Source: Bacteroidota bacterium
GTDB lineage: Bacteria > Bacteroidota > Bacteroidia > Bacteroidales > WCHB1-69
Length of the DNA stretch: 64,000 nucleotides
Direction of reading: 5' to 3'
NCBI GenBank assembly: GCA_037130365.1
Contig: JBAXTE010000009.1
Location: 4,452-68,451, forward strand
In this document: positions 10,013-19,636 of the stretch, in pieces
How positions within the stretch are numbered: position 1 is the first letter of the stretch
Layout of the letters: every line of letters begins with the position of its first letter
Program-made: the position numbers and the translations under genes
The notes under the pieces: model-generated
Seen by the model: the letters and a program-made list of their open reading frames with translations, nothing else
The model's database searches: none
What the model was told of the DNA's origin: nothing

Positions 10013-10699
10013 ATGGGGGAATTAATTGAATCATTAAACAATAACGGGTCTGACCAATTTGGATTAGCATTGCTTTCATCAATCGAAGATTTGGGTTTAA
10101 GTATTTTATCTAAAACTGATTTCGAAACATTCATGTTTCATCATATCCTATTGCATCTAGATAAAACAAAAATTAAAAACAATTATGACCTAATGAGGTT
10201 GTTGAAAATCACTCCAAGCAAACTCAGAAGTTTGGAAATGAATAGGTCTGCAAAATTCCTTAATCTTGATTTGTCAAATATTGATAACTGGAGAATGATT
10301 TTTAATGCACTTGATGGCAAAAAGATAGAAACGGAGGATAAAGATAACGGCAAAGTACGAATCTATATTGAAGAATTACATGTACACCGACTAATTGAAA
10401 GATTTGTAGTTGAGGGTGGTTCATCAATAGATTACACTTTGAATAAGAATCAGTTAGTAATTAAATACACTGAGTTTTTATCATTATTAAATGCAATTTT
10501 AGTAAAAGCTAAAAAAGAACCTTTATTGACTGCTATAAATAAAGACAAAAGTCAATTTAAAGTTAAGAAAGAATTTGAGAGCTTTCAAAACATAATTTCG
10601 GATGTTAAGGAAGCAATGAAGGATGCGACATTTGAAAAAGCAGCTGAATTTGCATTAAACAAAATAATAAAAATTGCAAAAGACAAATTAGGATTATGA
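10013..10699 (+). CDS. Uncharacterised protein embedded between hsdR and hsdM
   Basis: 228-aa ORF that starts 2 nt after the hsdR stop and overlaps the hsdM start by 4 nt (ATGA). I recognise no motif in it. Confidence 0.8.
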   Translation: MGELIESLNNNGSDQFGLALLSSIEDLGLSILSKTDFETFMFHHILLHLDKTKIKNNYDLMRLLKITPSKLRSLEMNRSAKFLNLDLSNIDNWRMIFNALDGKKIETEDKDNGKVRIYIEELHVHRLIERFVVEGGSSIDYTLNKNQLVIKYTEFLSLLNAILVKAKKEPLLTAINKDKSQFKVKKEFESFQNIISDVKEAMKDATFEKAAEFALNKIIKIAKDKLGL

Positions 10700-12123
10700 G
10701 CAACATCGGAGGAGTAATAAAATCAATACGGGACATATTCAGAAAAGACCCTGGTTTGAGTGGCGATGCACAACGCATTGAGCAATTGGGATGGATGATT
10801 TTTTTAAAACTGTTTGATGATAAAGACAAGGAAAAGGAAATTCTTGATTTGAATTACAAATCCCCGATACCTGCAGAATTACAGTGGAGAAATTGGGCAG
10901 AAAACGATGAAGGAATCACAGGAGAAGAGCTTATCAATTTTGTGAATAACAAATTATTTCCCCAACTGAAGGAATTGCATATTACGGCAGACAACAGATT
11001 AGGCGTAATCATCCGTCAAATATTCGATGGAACCAACAATTATATGAAAAGTGGCACCACCTTTCGTCAGGCCATCAACAAACTCAACGAAATAGATTTC
11101 AATAGCAGCAAAGAACACCACGTGTTCAATGCAATCTATGAAGATATACTTCAAGGACTTGCCACCAAAAAAGACACAGGCGAATTTTATACACCAAGGG
11201 CAGTCACTCAATTTATCATCGACATGGTAAATCCAAAATTGAGCGAAAAAATTATTGACCCCGCATGTGGCACCGCTGGTTTTTTGGTTTGTGCCATAGA
11301 GCATTTGCGTAAGCAGGTAAACAATGTGGCAGACCGTAAAATATTGCAAGAAACCATAACAGGAACCGAATTGAAGCCGCTTCCGTTTATGTTGAGTATC
11401 ATCAACTTGATTACGCATGATATTGAAGTGCCAAAAATTGAGAATGACGATGCCTTGAGCCGTGAGTTAAGCTCCATTTCAAGAAAAGAGCAAGTGGATA
11501 TCATTGTTGCAAACCCTCCATTCGGTGGCGTGGTAGGTGATGGCATGGAAAACAACTTCCCGATGAACTTTCGCACCAAAGAGAGTGCCGACCTTTTTCT
11601 GATTTTGTTTATTCAACTGCTCAAAGATGGTGGCCGTGCTGGTATTGTATTACCCGATGGCAGCCTGACAGGTGATGGCGTAAAATCCAGAGTGAGAGAA
11701 AAACTATTGACCGATTGCAACCTGCACACCATTGTAAGGCTCCCACAGAGCGTATTTGCTCCCTATGCAACGGTAAACACCAATCTGTTGTTCTTTGCCA
11801 AAGGAACTCCCACAAAGGAGATTTGGTATTACGAACACGCATTGCCCGAAGGCTATAAAGCATACAGCAAAACGAAGCCGATTAAAATTGAGGAGTTCAA
11901 CGACATAAAAAAATGGTGGGACAACAGAACCGAAAGCGAAACCTGTTGGAAAGTCTCCATGGATACCATCAAAGAACGTGGGTTTGATTTAGACATCAAG
12001 AATCCAAATAAGGTTGTGGAAGAAGTGGAATTGAATATTATGAAAATTCTCGGAATTCTTAAATCTGAAAACAATAAAGTAAGCACAATTATCCAGGAAC
12101 TTGAAAACGATTTGGCTAAATGA
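10696..12123 (+). CDS. hsdM: Type I restriction-modification system, M subunit (N6-adenine DNA methyltransferase)
   Basis: 475 aa with a SAM-binding motif (IIDPACGTAGFL), catalytic motif IV (IVANPPFGG) and an HsdM N-terminal helical domain (QLGWMIFLKLFDD). Confidence 0.95.
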   Translation: MSNIGGVIKSIRDIFRKDPGLSGDAQRIEQLGWMIFLKLFDDKDKEKEILDLNYKSPIPAELQWRNWAENDEGITGEELINFVNNKLFPQLKELHITADNRLGVIIRQIFDGTNNYMKSGTTFRQAINKLNEIDFNSSKEHHVFNAIYEDILQGLATKKDTGEFYTPRAVTQFIIDMVNPKLSEKIIDPACGTAGFLVCAIEHLRKQVNNVADRKILQETITGTELKPLPFMLSIINLITHDIEVPKIENDDALSRELSSISRKEQVDIIVANPPFGGVVGDGMENNFPMNFRTKESADLFLILFIQLLKDGGRAGIVLPDGSLTGDGVKSRVREKLLTDCNLHTIVRLPQSVFAPYATVNTNLLFFAKGTPTKEIWYYEHALPEGYKAYSKTKPIKIEEFNDIKKWWDNRTESETCWKVSMDTIKERGFDLDIKNPNKVVEEVELNIMKILGILKSENNKVSTIIQELENDLAK

Positions 12124-13586
12124 CAATATTAGAACTATTTAAAAAAGTACATCCATCTGTATTAGCTGCCAAAATGATTTTTAAGCATTTGCAGGATAAT
12201 TACCCTGTTCTTAAAATATCTGACATTGCCGATACTTCAAGCGGGGGAACTCCAAATCGTGGAATGATTGAATTCTACAACGGTGATATTCCTTGGGTAA
12301 AATCAGGTGAATTAAAAGATGGCATAATAACAAAATGTGATGAATACATTACAGAAGCAGGATTAAAAAACTCTTCTGCAAAGTTATTTCCTAAAGGCAC
12401 TTTACTTGTTGCTATGTATGGTGCAAACATTGGGAAAACGGGTGTATTAGATTTTGATGCAACTACAAATCAAGCGGTCTGTGCAATATTTCCGAAAGTC
12501 GATATTTCAAAAGACTTCTTGTTTTGGTATTTCAAACAACAACGAATTGAATTTATAGCTATTGGCAAAGGTGGAGCACAGCCAAACATTAGCCAAACTA
12601 TAATTAATAATGCGTCAATTGTTGTGCCTGATGAAAAAACACAACAGAAAATTGTTGACTTCTTGGAAGCAATTGAACAAGGCAAAGGAATTGATGAAAA
12701 TTTCTTTATTCCCGAAGTGCTTGAAGATGTAGCACGAATTTACAAGTATAAGAACAACTATATAGATTTGTCTGTTAGCTTTGAAACCCAACTAACCCAA
12801 ATAGAAAACCTAAACCAAGCAATCTTACAAGAAGCGGTGCAGGGGAAATTGGTAAAGCAAGACCCCACAGACGAACCCGCAAGCCAACTACTCAAGCGCA
12901 TCAAAGCCGAAAAATTAAAATCTGGCAAAAAGGAAAAACCATTACCAGCCATCAAACCTGAAGAAATTCCGTTTGAAATCCCTGAAAATTGGATGTGGTG
13001 CAGGTTAGGCGATATTTGTTCAAAAATTGGCTCAGGGAGTACACCAAAAGGAAGTAATTATTCAAAAAATGGGTTCCCATTTTTTCGTTCACAAAACATC
13101 TATGACGAAGGTTTAGTTTATTTTGATATAAAATTTGTTTCAGAAGAAGTTCAAAAGCAAATGAATGGGACAATGGTACTTTCAAATGATATTCTTTTAA
13201 ATATTACAGGTGGTTCAATGGGACGTTGCGCAATAGTCCCAGATGACTTTAATCAAGGCAATGTAAGTCAGCACGTTTGTATAATCAGACCAATGGAAAT
13301 AGATAAAAAGTTTTTTCATAAAATTGTTTTATCTCCTTATTTTCAAAAAAAAGTTTTTGCTTCTACTACAGGTGCAGGTAGAGAAGGGTTGCCAAAATAC
13401 AATCTTGAAAGATTTGTTATTCCAATTCCACCACTATCCGAGCAAAAACGTATCGTATCTGAAATAGAAAAGCAATTAGCCAAAACCAAACAATTAAAGA
13501 TACACATTACAGCCAACCAACATGCCACCGAGCAACTGCTCAAAGCATTGTTGCATGGGGCTTTTGAGGTGGCGGAGGGCTTATGA
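12120..13586 (+). CDS. hsdS: Type I restriction-modification system, S (specificity) subunit
   Basis: 488 aa with two target-recognition domains (SGGTPNRG..., GSGSTPKGSNY...), each followed by a conserved helical spacer (IPIPPLSEQKRIVSEIEKQL). The start overlaps hsdM by 4 bp (ATGA). Confidence 0.93.
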   Translation: MTILELFKKVHPSVLAAKMIFKHLQDNYPVLKISDIADTSSGGTPNRGMIEFYNGDIPWVKSGELKDGIITKCDEYITEAGLKNSSAKLFPKGTLLVAMYGANIGKTGVLDFDATTNQAVCAIFPKVDISKDFLFWYFKQQRIEFIAIGKGGAQPNISQTIINNASIVVPDEKTQQKIVDFLEAIEQGKGIDENFFIPEVLEDVARIYKYKNNYIDLSVSFETQLTQIENLNQAILQEAVQGKLVKQDPTDEPASQLLKRIKAEKLKSGKKEKPLPAIKPEEIPFEIPENWMWCRLGDICSKIGSGSTPKGSNYSKNGFPFFRSQNIYDEGLVYFDIKFVSEEVQKQMNGTMVLSNDILLNITGGSMGRCAIVPDDFNQGNVSQHVCIIRPMEIDKKFFHKIVLSPYFQKKVFASTTGAGREGLPKYNLERFVIPIPPLSEQKRIVSEIEKQLAKTKQLKIHITANQHATEQLLKALLHGAFEVAEGL

Positions 13587-13622
13587 CAAAATATAATAAA
13601 GGATTGTATCTTGTTTCATTAG

Positions 13623-13630
13623 TACTTTTG
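13623..13630 (+). promoter_or_regulatory. Candidate -7 promoter box (TACTTTTG) ahead of the six-gene cluster
   Basis: Matches TAnnTTTG in the 75-bp gap after hsdS, 32 nt upstream of the ATG at 13662. Confidence 0.4.
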
Positions 13631-13661
13631 TATGTAATCATTAATTCTAATTTAGCGAAAT

Positions 13662-15623
13662 ATGAGTGAAATGTTAGCCGAAATAAGGCGAATTGTAAAC
13701 GAAGATATAAGTAGTCGTGTATCACAATATGATGTAATATTTGAAGCAATTACAAATGCAATTCATGCAAACGCAACAAATATAATTTGTACTTTTCATA
13801 CAGGAGAATATACTCTTAAAGAACATGATGTTATTGAAATTGCAAATAAGAAAGTTGATGATATAACAATTTTTGATAATGGAGATGGGTTTAACACTTC
13901 AAACTATAACTCCTTTTGTAAATACAGAACAGATTTAAAAAAGGATTTAGGTTGTAAAGGGGTCGGTCGGTTTGTGTTTTTAAAAGTGTATGACAATGTG
14001 CTTTATAAAAGCCAAATTGCAGATGAACAAATAGAAAAAGTGTTTAAGTTTAATCTTGACTTTAAAACAGAAAATATCAGTACCACTGAAACTAAAATTG
14101 AATCAAATACCACTGAATTATTTTTAAAAGGGTTAACTTCACAATACATTGATTATGATAAACATATAAATAGACGAATTGATTTGGATTTGGAAATAAT
14201 TCGTGAAAAGGTGTTGCTAAATCTAATCCCTACATTGTTTTTTTACAAAAAGAAAGGTGTTTTAATTAAAATAGACTTTGTTGATAGTACAACGTCTAAT
14301 ACTCTATCAATACTGGATTCAGATATTCCAGATTTTTTTGAAACACCATTTAAAATTACGGATAAAAACGGATTTAAATATGGCTTTACTTTAAATCATC
14401 GAATAGAGAAAGAGAGCGGTAAATTAAATGCATTTTATTGCGCAAACAATAGAACCGTATGCGAATTTTCAGATAAAGATTTTAAATTATCATTGCCTTA
14501 TGGCTATTCAGGTTACATGCTTTTAGAGTCGAACTATTTTGATTCTAAAGTAAATCACGAAAGAAATAATTTTGATATATTTCCTTTTAAAACAGATGCA
14601 TTTTCGCTTGTTTCTTGGGAAATGATAAATGCTAAACTCAAGTCAGTCATATCTGAAATTGTCAAGGAAGGTATTCCTGAAACAAATAAAATCAATCAGG
14701 AAAAATTAGAAGAAATTCAAAATGAAAGACCTTATTTGGTTAGCTATATCAATGAAGAAGATATTGACATGGCTGGTTTTTTAGATAAAAAACATCTTAT
14801 AGAGAAAGCAAAAAAACGTTTTGATGTTGAAAAAGAAAAACTGTTGACATCGGCTGGAAAAGAATCATACACAGATGAAGAATTGAGCGATGCAATAGAG
14901 ATTACACAAAACGAATTAGTATCATATATAAACGATAGAGCACAAGTTTTGGAACGATTACGAACCTTGCTAAACAAAAAAGAAAGAGTAGAATCCATAA
15001 TCCATAATTTGTTTATGGAAAGATATTCAGATGATGATTATTTTTCTGTCGGTAAAAATAATTTATGGTTATTAGATGATAGATTCACAACATATAGTTA
15101 TGCAGCCAGTGAAAAAAGGATTGCAGAAGTATTAAAACAAATAGGAGAAGAGTCCGAAGATGTTGAAATTTCCGATGACCGTCCCGATTTATCTCTTTTC
15201 TTTTCACATAATCCAAATTCGCCAGAGCGCTTAAAATCGGTACTTGTTGAGATTAAGCCATTTGATTATCAATCAAAATCAGATAGAAAAAAGTTTGCAG
15301 GCATTCAGCAATTAGTAGATTATGTGAAAGCTTTTAAAACAAAAGAAAATTTAGAAGAGATATTTGCATTTCTAATAACCGATATTGATGAAAAGCTTAC
15401 CACTCGATTAAAAGACAATGATTTCATTCCTTTGTTTTCAACTGAATCTCCAATTTTTCATAAGTTTTTCAATACACTTGGAATTTCTATATATGTTATA
15501 AGTGCTCACACTCTAATTAAAGATGCAGAAGCACGCAACAAAGTATTTCTGGACATTATAAGAAAACAAAGCAGGCTAAATAAGATATTACAATCAAATG
15601 AAGCAACTTTGATTTTAGAATAA
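13662..15623 (+). CDS. GHKL-superfamily (Bergerat-fold) ATPase with a C-terminal PD-(D/E)xK-like module
   Basis: 653 aa. The GHKL motifs are N-box FEAITNAIHA, DxGxG as FDNGDGF and GxxGxG as GCKGVGRF. Near the C-terminus, RPDLSLFF-x-VLVEIKP gives a literal PD...ExK spacing (D-x20-E-x-K). Confidence 0.75.
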   Translation: MSEMLAEIRRIVNEDISSRVSQYDVIFEAITNAIHANATNIICTFHTGEYTLKEHDVIEIANKKVDDITIFDNGDGFNTSNYNSFCKYRTDLKKDLGCKGVGRFVFLKVYDNVLYKSQIADEQIEKVFKFNLDFKTENISTTETKIESNTTELFLKGLTSQYIDYDKHINRRIDLDLEIIREKVLLNLIPTLFFYKKKGVLIKIDFVDSTTSNTLSILDSDIPDFFETPFKITDKNGFKYGFTLNHRIEKESGKLNAFYCANNRTVCEFSDKDFKLSLPYGYSGYMLLESNYFDSKVNHERNNFDIFPFKTDAFSLVSWEMINAKLKSVISEIVKEGIPETNKINQEKLEEIQNERPYLVSYINEEDIDMAGFLDKKHLIEKAKKRFDVEKEKLLTSAGKESYTDEELSDAIEITQNELVSYINDRAQVLERLRTLLNKKERVESIIHNLFMERYSDDDYFSVGKNNLWLLDDRFTTYSYAASEKRIAEVLKQIGEESEDVEISDDRPDLSLFFSHNPNSPERLKSVLVEIKPFDYQSKSDRKKFAGIQQLVDYVKAFKTKENLEEIFAFLITDIDEKLTTRLKDNDFIPLFSTESPIFHKFFNTLGISIYVISAHTLIKDAEARNKVFLDIIRKQSRLNKILQSNEATLILE

Positions 15624-15675
15624 AAAATACTTCTTGTTTCAAACCCCATTTATCAAACAAAAAAACAATAAGCAA

Positions 15676-16095
15676 ATGGAAACAACAGATGAACTATTGA
15701 GATATATTAAAACTCATGTGCCAAACTTTTCAAATCCTAAAATTATTAGCAGTGGTGTGGCTTATCACTATACAATGCATTCAGATTTAATTCAAAAAGA
15801 TGGGCGTATAAAAGGTAGAATAATTGATGAAAATATTGATTGCTCACAGAATGATTTTGTTTCTATTCCAGCGACAGAGAACAATGGTGTTGTTTTCGCA
15901 TATGAAAGTTTAGTAGAATCTAAATTGGAAGCTTTCGTTTTACCTGAAGATAAACAAAGAATTAAAATTATAAAAAATGATTATAATTCAGCTGTATACG
16001 CAAATCATCAGCAGGAAGTTGATTATACTGGTGCCCCACCAACAATTATTATTTTGGCTCATGAGATAACAAATTTTCAAATTATTTATCCTTAA
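15676..16095 (+). CDS. Small hypothetical protein (139 aa)
   Basis: The ORF is co-directional and lies 11 nt upstream of the next gene. I prefer the ATG at 15676 over the non-ATG start at 15634 in the track. I recognise no motif in it. Confidence 0.7.
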   Translation: METTDELLRYIKTHVPNFSNPKIISSGVAYHYTMHSDLIQKDGRIKGRIIDENIDCSQNDFVSIPATENNGVVFAYESLVESKLEAFVLPEDKQRIKIIKNDYNSAVYANHQQEVDYTGAPPTIIILAHEITNFQIIYP

Positions 16096-16106
16096 TTGTT
16101 TTTTAT

Positions 16107-16799
16107 ATGACTTATATTGTAGCAGGTAAATTAAGCTCATGCACATGTCTCATGGCAGATTGTATTGTTAATAGAACAGGTGATACTCCTATATTCACTG
16201 ACAAAATACGTAAACTTACCAGTTCAGATGATACGTTTTTTTCTGTAACGGGTAACTGTTTAATTCCCGAATCTGTTGAAATATTGGATATGTGGTTATT
16301 TTCTTTAGGCAGACCAAATGACTTTATTTCAGGTAATAATAGTATAACTGATTTAGTGAAGTTAATATCATGGCGTTTTGATAAATATCATCGTACAGAT
16401 GGTGCAAAATTAGATAACAATCGAATATTCTTTATTAATCGTGATTCTGTAATTTACTATAATTTATTTTATAATGAAAATAATCTCCTTACATCTAATC
16501 TTGCTAAAACAGTATTACAGAATAAAAAACAAATTACCAATATGTCGCCCCATCCTATATCATTTGATTTGATTTCTACAAGTAATCCACTACGCTATTG
16601 TAAATCAGTTATTGATGATTTAGCAAAATCGGAAAATAAAGATTTGAAAGACCGTTTTTCATATATTCAACTTAATAGTGATTCTGATGACATTATTATT
16701 TCACCTTTTAAGAAAATATCTGACATAGTTGCAGCTTATGAGGGGGCTGATTATAATCTTTTAGATGATATTTCTTTATCATGGGATGAAATAAAATAA
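16107..16799 (+). CDS. Hypothetical protein with a proteasome-beta/HslV-like N-terminal-nucleophile signature
   Basis: 230 aa starting MTYIVAG...CLMADCIV...DKIRKL...FFSVTGN. After Met removal this gives Thr1, Asp17 and Lys32. HslV and proteasome beta subunits have Thr1/Asp17/Lys33, with the same alternation of hydrophobic strands. Confidence 0.45.
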   Translation: MTYIVAGKLSSCTCLMADCIVNRTGDTPIFTDKIRKLTSSDDTFFSVTGNCLIPESVEILDMWLFSLGRPNDFISGNNSITDLVKLISWRFDKYHRTDGAKLDNNRIFFINRDSVIYYNLFYNENNLLTSNLAKTVLQNKKQITNMSPHPISFDLISTSNPLRYCKSVIDDLAKSENKDLKDRFSYIQLNSDSDDIIISPFKKISDIVAAYEGADYNLLDDISLSWDEIK

Positions 16800-16896
16800 C
16801 TCATCCGAACAAAGCCAAACTAGGTGAATAACATCATAATGTATCATTATCTTTAATCATTAATTGAAATAAAGTTCATACAAATAACAACAAATA

Positions 16897-17847
16897 ATGA
16901 ATGCTGAAATTAAATATATTGACATCTTAGATAGAAAAGCTGATTATGAATTGATTTATAAAGAAACATTTAGAACAGAATTGGGTCTAAGAGCAATATC
17001 AATAATGTATGATGAACATTCCAATGATAAGAAATCACATGACAATATTTTGAGATTTAAAGACAACATTCAATACAGGCTTTTTTCAGCAACTCATCAA
17101 TATTTAGTTCTATTAAAAGAGTTATGGGGGGCAGAATCTTATTTGCAAAATCTGTATAAAAAAAATCCTCGATATATTAATTCTTTCCCATTTGAAAATC
17201 CTTTTTTTGATAAAGTAGAACAAGAATTATCATCTGTTTTTGATAATGTAATTTTTCAAGTAACTTCAATTTTTGATTATTTAAGTCATATCGTGTGTTA
17301 TATCACTTTTACAAATAAAACAAATACTCTATATTGGACTAAACTTGCAAGAGCATCAAGAGGTCAAAATAATGATTTTTCAAACATTGAATTGAAAAAT
17401 ATAATAGACATTGTGGATAGGCGTTTTGTTGGTAAGCTTTATGATTATCGCTCACGATTAATTCACGATAAAAGAGATAGACACATTTTTAATGCTCAAG
17501 CAAAATTGATTGATTTCCAATTTAATTTACAATTGCTACCTTCTGATGTCGCTCTTAAACACTTTAAGCTCATAAAAGAGGAGATACCTGTAGGTGCAGA
17601 TGTTACGCTAACATATCTAGCATCATGGTTGATTAAAAGAGCATTTTTTGAAATTGAAACTATACTGGATGTGTTGTCAATTGAATTAAAAAAAGGGTCA
17701 AACTTCCACAGTAATTTGATAAACCCAAAAAGAGGTGATGATGCATTATTGTTTATAACAATGAATCCTGAAACAAGACAAGTTGAACCATTATCAAATG
17801 GTCTATGGAAGGAATATAAAGAAAAAACCAAATCAGTGAAACAGTAG
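16897..17847 (+). CDS. Hypothetical protein with an Rx4H (HEPN-like) motif
   Basis: 316 aa, predicted mostly helical. The motif LYDYRSRLIHDKRD contains R-x4-H, the minimal HEPN RNase signature. There is no other support. Confidence 0.35.
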   Translation: MNAEIKYIDILDRKADYELIYKETFRTELGLRAISIMYDEHSNDKKSHDNILRFKDNIQYRLFSATHQYLVLLKELWGAESYLQNLYKKNPRYINSFPFENPFFDKVEQELSSVFDNVIFQVTSIFDYLSHIVCYITFTNKTNTLYWTKLARASRGQNNDFSNIELKNIIDIVDRRFVGKLYDYRSRLIHDKRDRHIFNAQAKLIDFQFNLQLLPSDVALKHFKLIKEEIPVGADVTLTYLASWLIKRAFFEIETILDVLSIELKKGSNFHSNLINPKRGDDALLFITMNPETRQVEPLSNGLWKEYKEKTKSVKQ

Positions 17848-17860
17848 CAAAATCGACTCT

Positions 17861-19606
17861 ATGAAAACAAACTCCAATAATAGCTCCATTAGCTATATGC
17901 AATTACTAGAATTTAAATTAGTCTTTCCAGATGAAATACCGTTGTCCGTTGATGAGTATCTTAAAGGTAGTAATAGGGGGGATATACTAAATGCTGCTTC
18001 TCATTTTCTAGGTTTTAACCCCAATAATTCAAAAATATTAGATAATAGGGAGTTTTTAAGTAATTTTTTTTGCGCTGAAAACAATGATTTAGCTAACTAT
18101 GTTTATGGTGTAATTAAAAATATCGAGAAAACAGGCACAAAAGTGGGGGTAATCAATCCATATTCAAGTCTATCATTGTTTGAATGTTGTTATAAAAATG
18201 AAGAAAAAGAAGAAACACAATCAAATTCTGATTTTGAAATAAATCTCTTTAAAGCATATCTTGTATTAAACTCTCAATTTACAAGTAAGCAAAAAATTGC
18301 ATTTACTTCAACCCAAGATTTACATCCATTATTGATAAATCCCATGGAATTGTTTTGTATGCAATATCCGCTTGCTGATAAAGTAAATTACGACATCAAT
18401 AGGATATGGGTAAATCAGATGTTAAAAGCAACTCATTTATTTGTATTTCTTGAATCCAATGAGAAAACAGCACCTTTACTTAAAGCTTTTCTTGAGTTTT
18501 TTAATAAAAAAAACTGGCAAGATTTTTTAAAAAGCCTACTTCCTTTAACCAATCCAATGAAATATGCAGATAATGAAGGATTTATTGATTTTGGTGTAAA
18601 TAAGAATGATGATTTTCAAGGAAGTTGCTTGTTTATTGAAAAGTTTATTGTTGATGAAAATGATAGTTTTGATGAAAATGATTTTCTTAGTATTCGGGGT
18701 AAACCTTTTTATAAAGTTGAGGATGGAGTCTATCGGGTAATTTTTCCTTTATTTGTTGTCGAAAAGATATTTAAAGGATTGTATTTTTATTTAAGTGAAG
18801 TTAATAAAACGTTAGATAAGCCATTTGGAAATATCAAAAGCTTTTATGGTGGTGAGTTTTCTGAAAATATCCTGCTTTACAATGTAATGGGAAGCATCTG
18901 GAATAATAAATGTTGTAAGTTTTCAGGCAAACAGATTTCTGAAATGAAAATTGACGGGTTTATTGATTATTATGTTAGAAAAGGGAAAAATATTTTATTG
19001 TTTGAGTCCAAAGATTTTCTTATTAAAGCAGACAAAAAAGCTTCTTTTGATTTTAATATTTATGAGAAAGAATTTAAAAAGTTACTCTACTATGAAGACA
19101 TGCCAAATGGCAAAAGGAAACCAAAAGCTGTAATTCAATTAATAAATAGTATTCGCAAAATACTTAGAAGAGAGTTTGCCGCTGATAAAGATTATAAATA
19201 TCGTGAAGTAAATATTTACCCAATTCTAATAATTCATGATTCCCAATACGATGTGCCAGGTTTTAATTTTCTTATAAATTATTGGTTTCAGCAGGAGATA
19301 GCGTCACTAAAAGAAGAAGGGGTGTATACTCATAATATTAAACCACTTGTGGTTATTAATATTGATTCACTTTTATATTATCAAGTCGCTCTTGCAGAAA
19401 ACACACCACTCCACAATATTATAAATCAGTATGAAATTCAAACGAAAGGTTCAATAAATGACAAATCGGGGTTCGATAATAAGAAATTTGATAAATATAT
19501 TCCTTTTTCATATTTCATTGATGATTTTTTCAAGAATAAAGGCATTGCAAAATTCCCTCCCTTATTGGATTTTGTAGCCCCATTGTTATTCAGTAATGAT
19601 AAATAA
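17861..19606 (+). CDS. Large hypothetical protein with a C-terminal PD-(D/E)xK-like motif
   Basis: 581 aa. KIDGFIDYYVRKGKNILLFESKDF gives D-x12/16-E-x-K preceded by a hydrophobic strand. It starts 13 nt after the previous gene. Confidence 0.45.
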   Translation: MKTNSNNSSISYMQLLEFKLVFPDEIPLSVDEYLKGSNRGDILNAASHFLGFNPNNSKILDNREFLSNFFCAENNDLANYVYGVIKNIEKTGTKVGVINPYSSLSLFECCYKNEEKEETQSNSDFEINLFKAYLVLNSQFTSKQKIAFTSTQDLHPLLINPMELFCMQYPLADKVNYDINRIWVNQMLKATHLFVFLESNEKTAPLLKAFLEFFNKKNWQDFLKSLLPLTNPMKYADNEGFIDFGVNKNDDFQGSCLFIEKFIVDENDSFDENDFLSIRGKPFYKVEDGVYRVIFPLFVVEKIFKGLYFYLSEVNKTLDKPFGNIKSFYGGEFSENILLYNVMGSIWNNKCCKFSGKQISEMKIDGFIDYYVRKGKNILLFESKDFLIKADKKASFDFNIYEKEFKKLLYYEDMPNGKRKPKAVIQLINSIRKILRREFAADKDYKYREVNIYPILIIHDSQYDVPGFNFLINYWFQQEIASLKEEGVYTHNIKPLVVINIDSLLYYQVALAENTPLHNIINQYEIQTKGSINDKSGFDNKKFDKYIPFSYFIDDFFKNKGIAKFPPLLDFVAPLLFSNDK

Positions 19607-19636
19607 GCCAATAGTCAATATTATAAAAATAATTAT

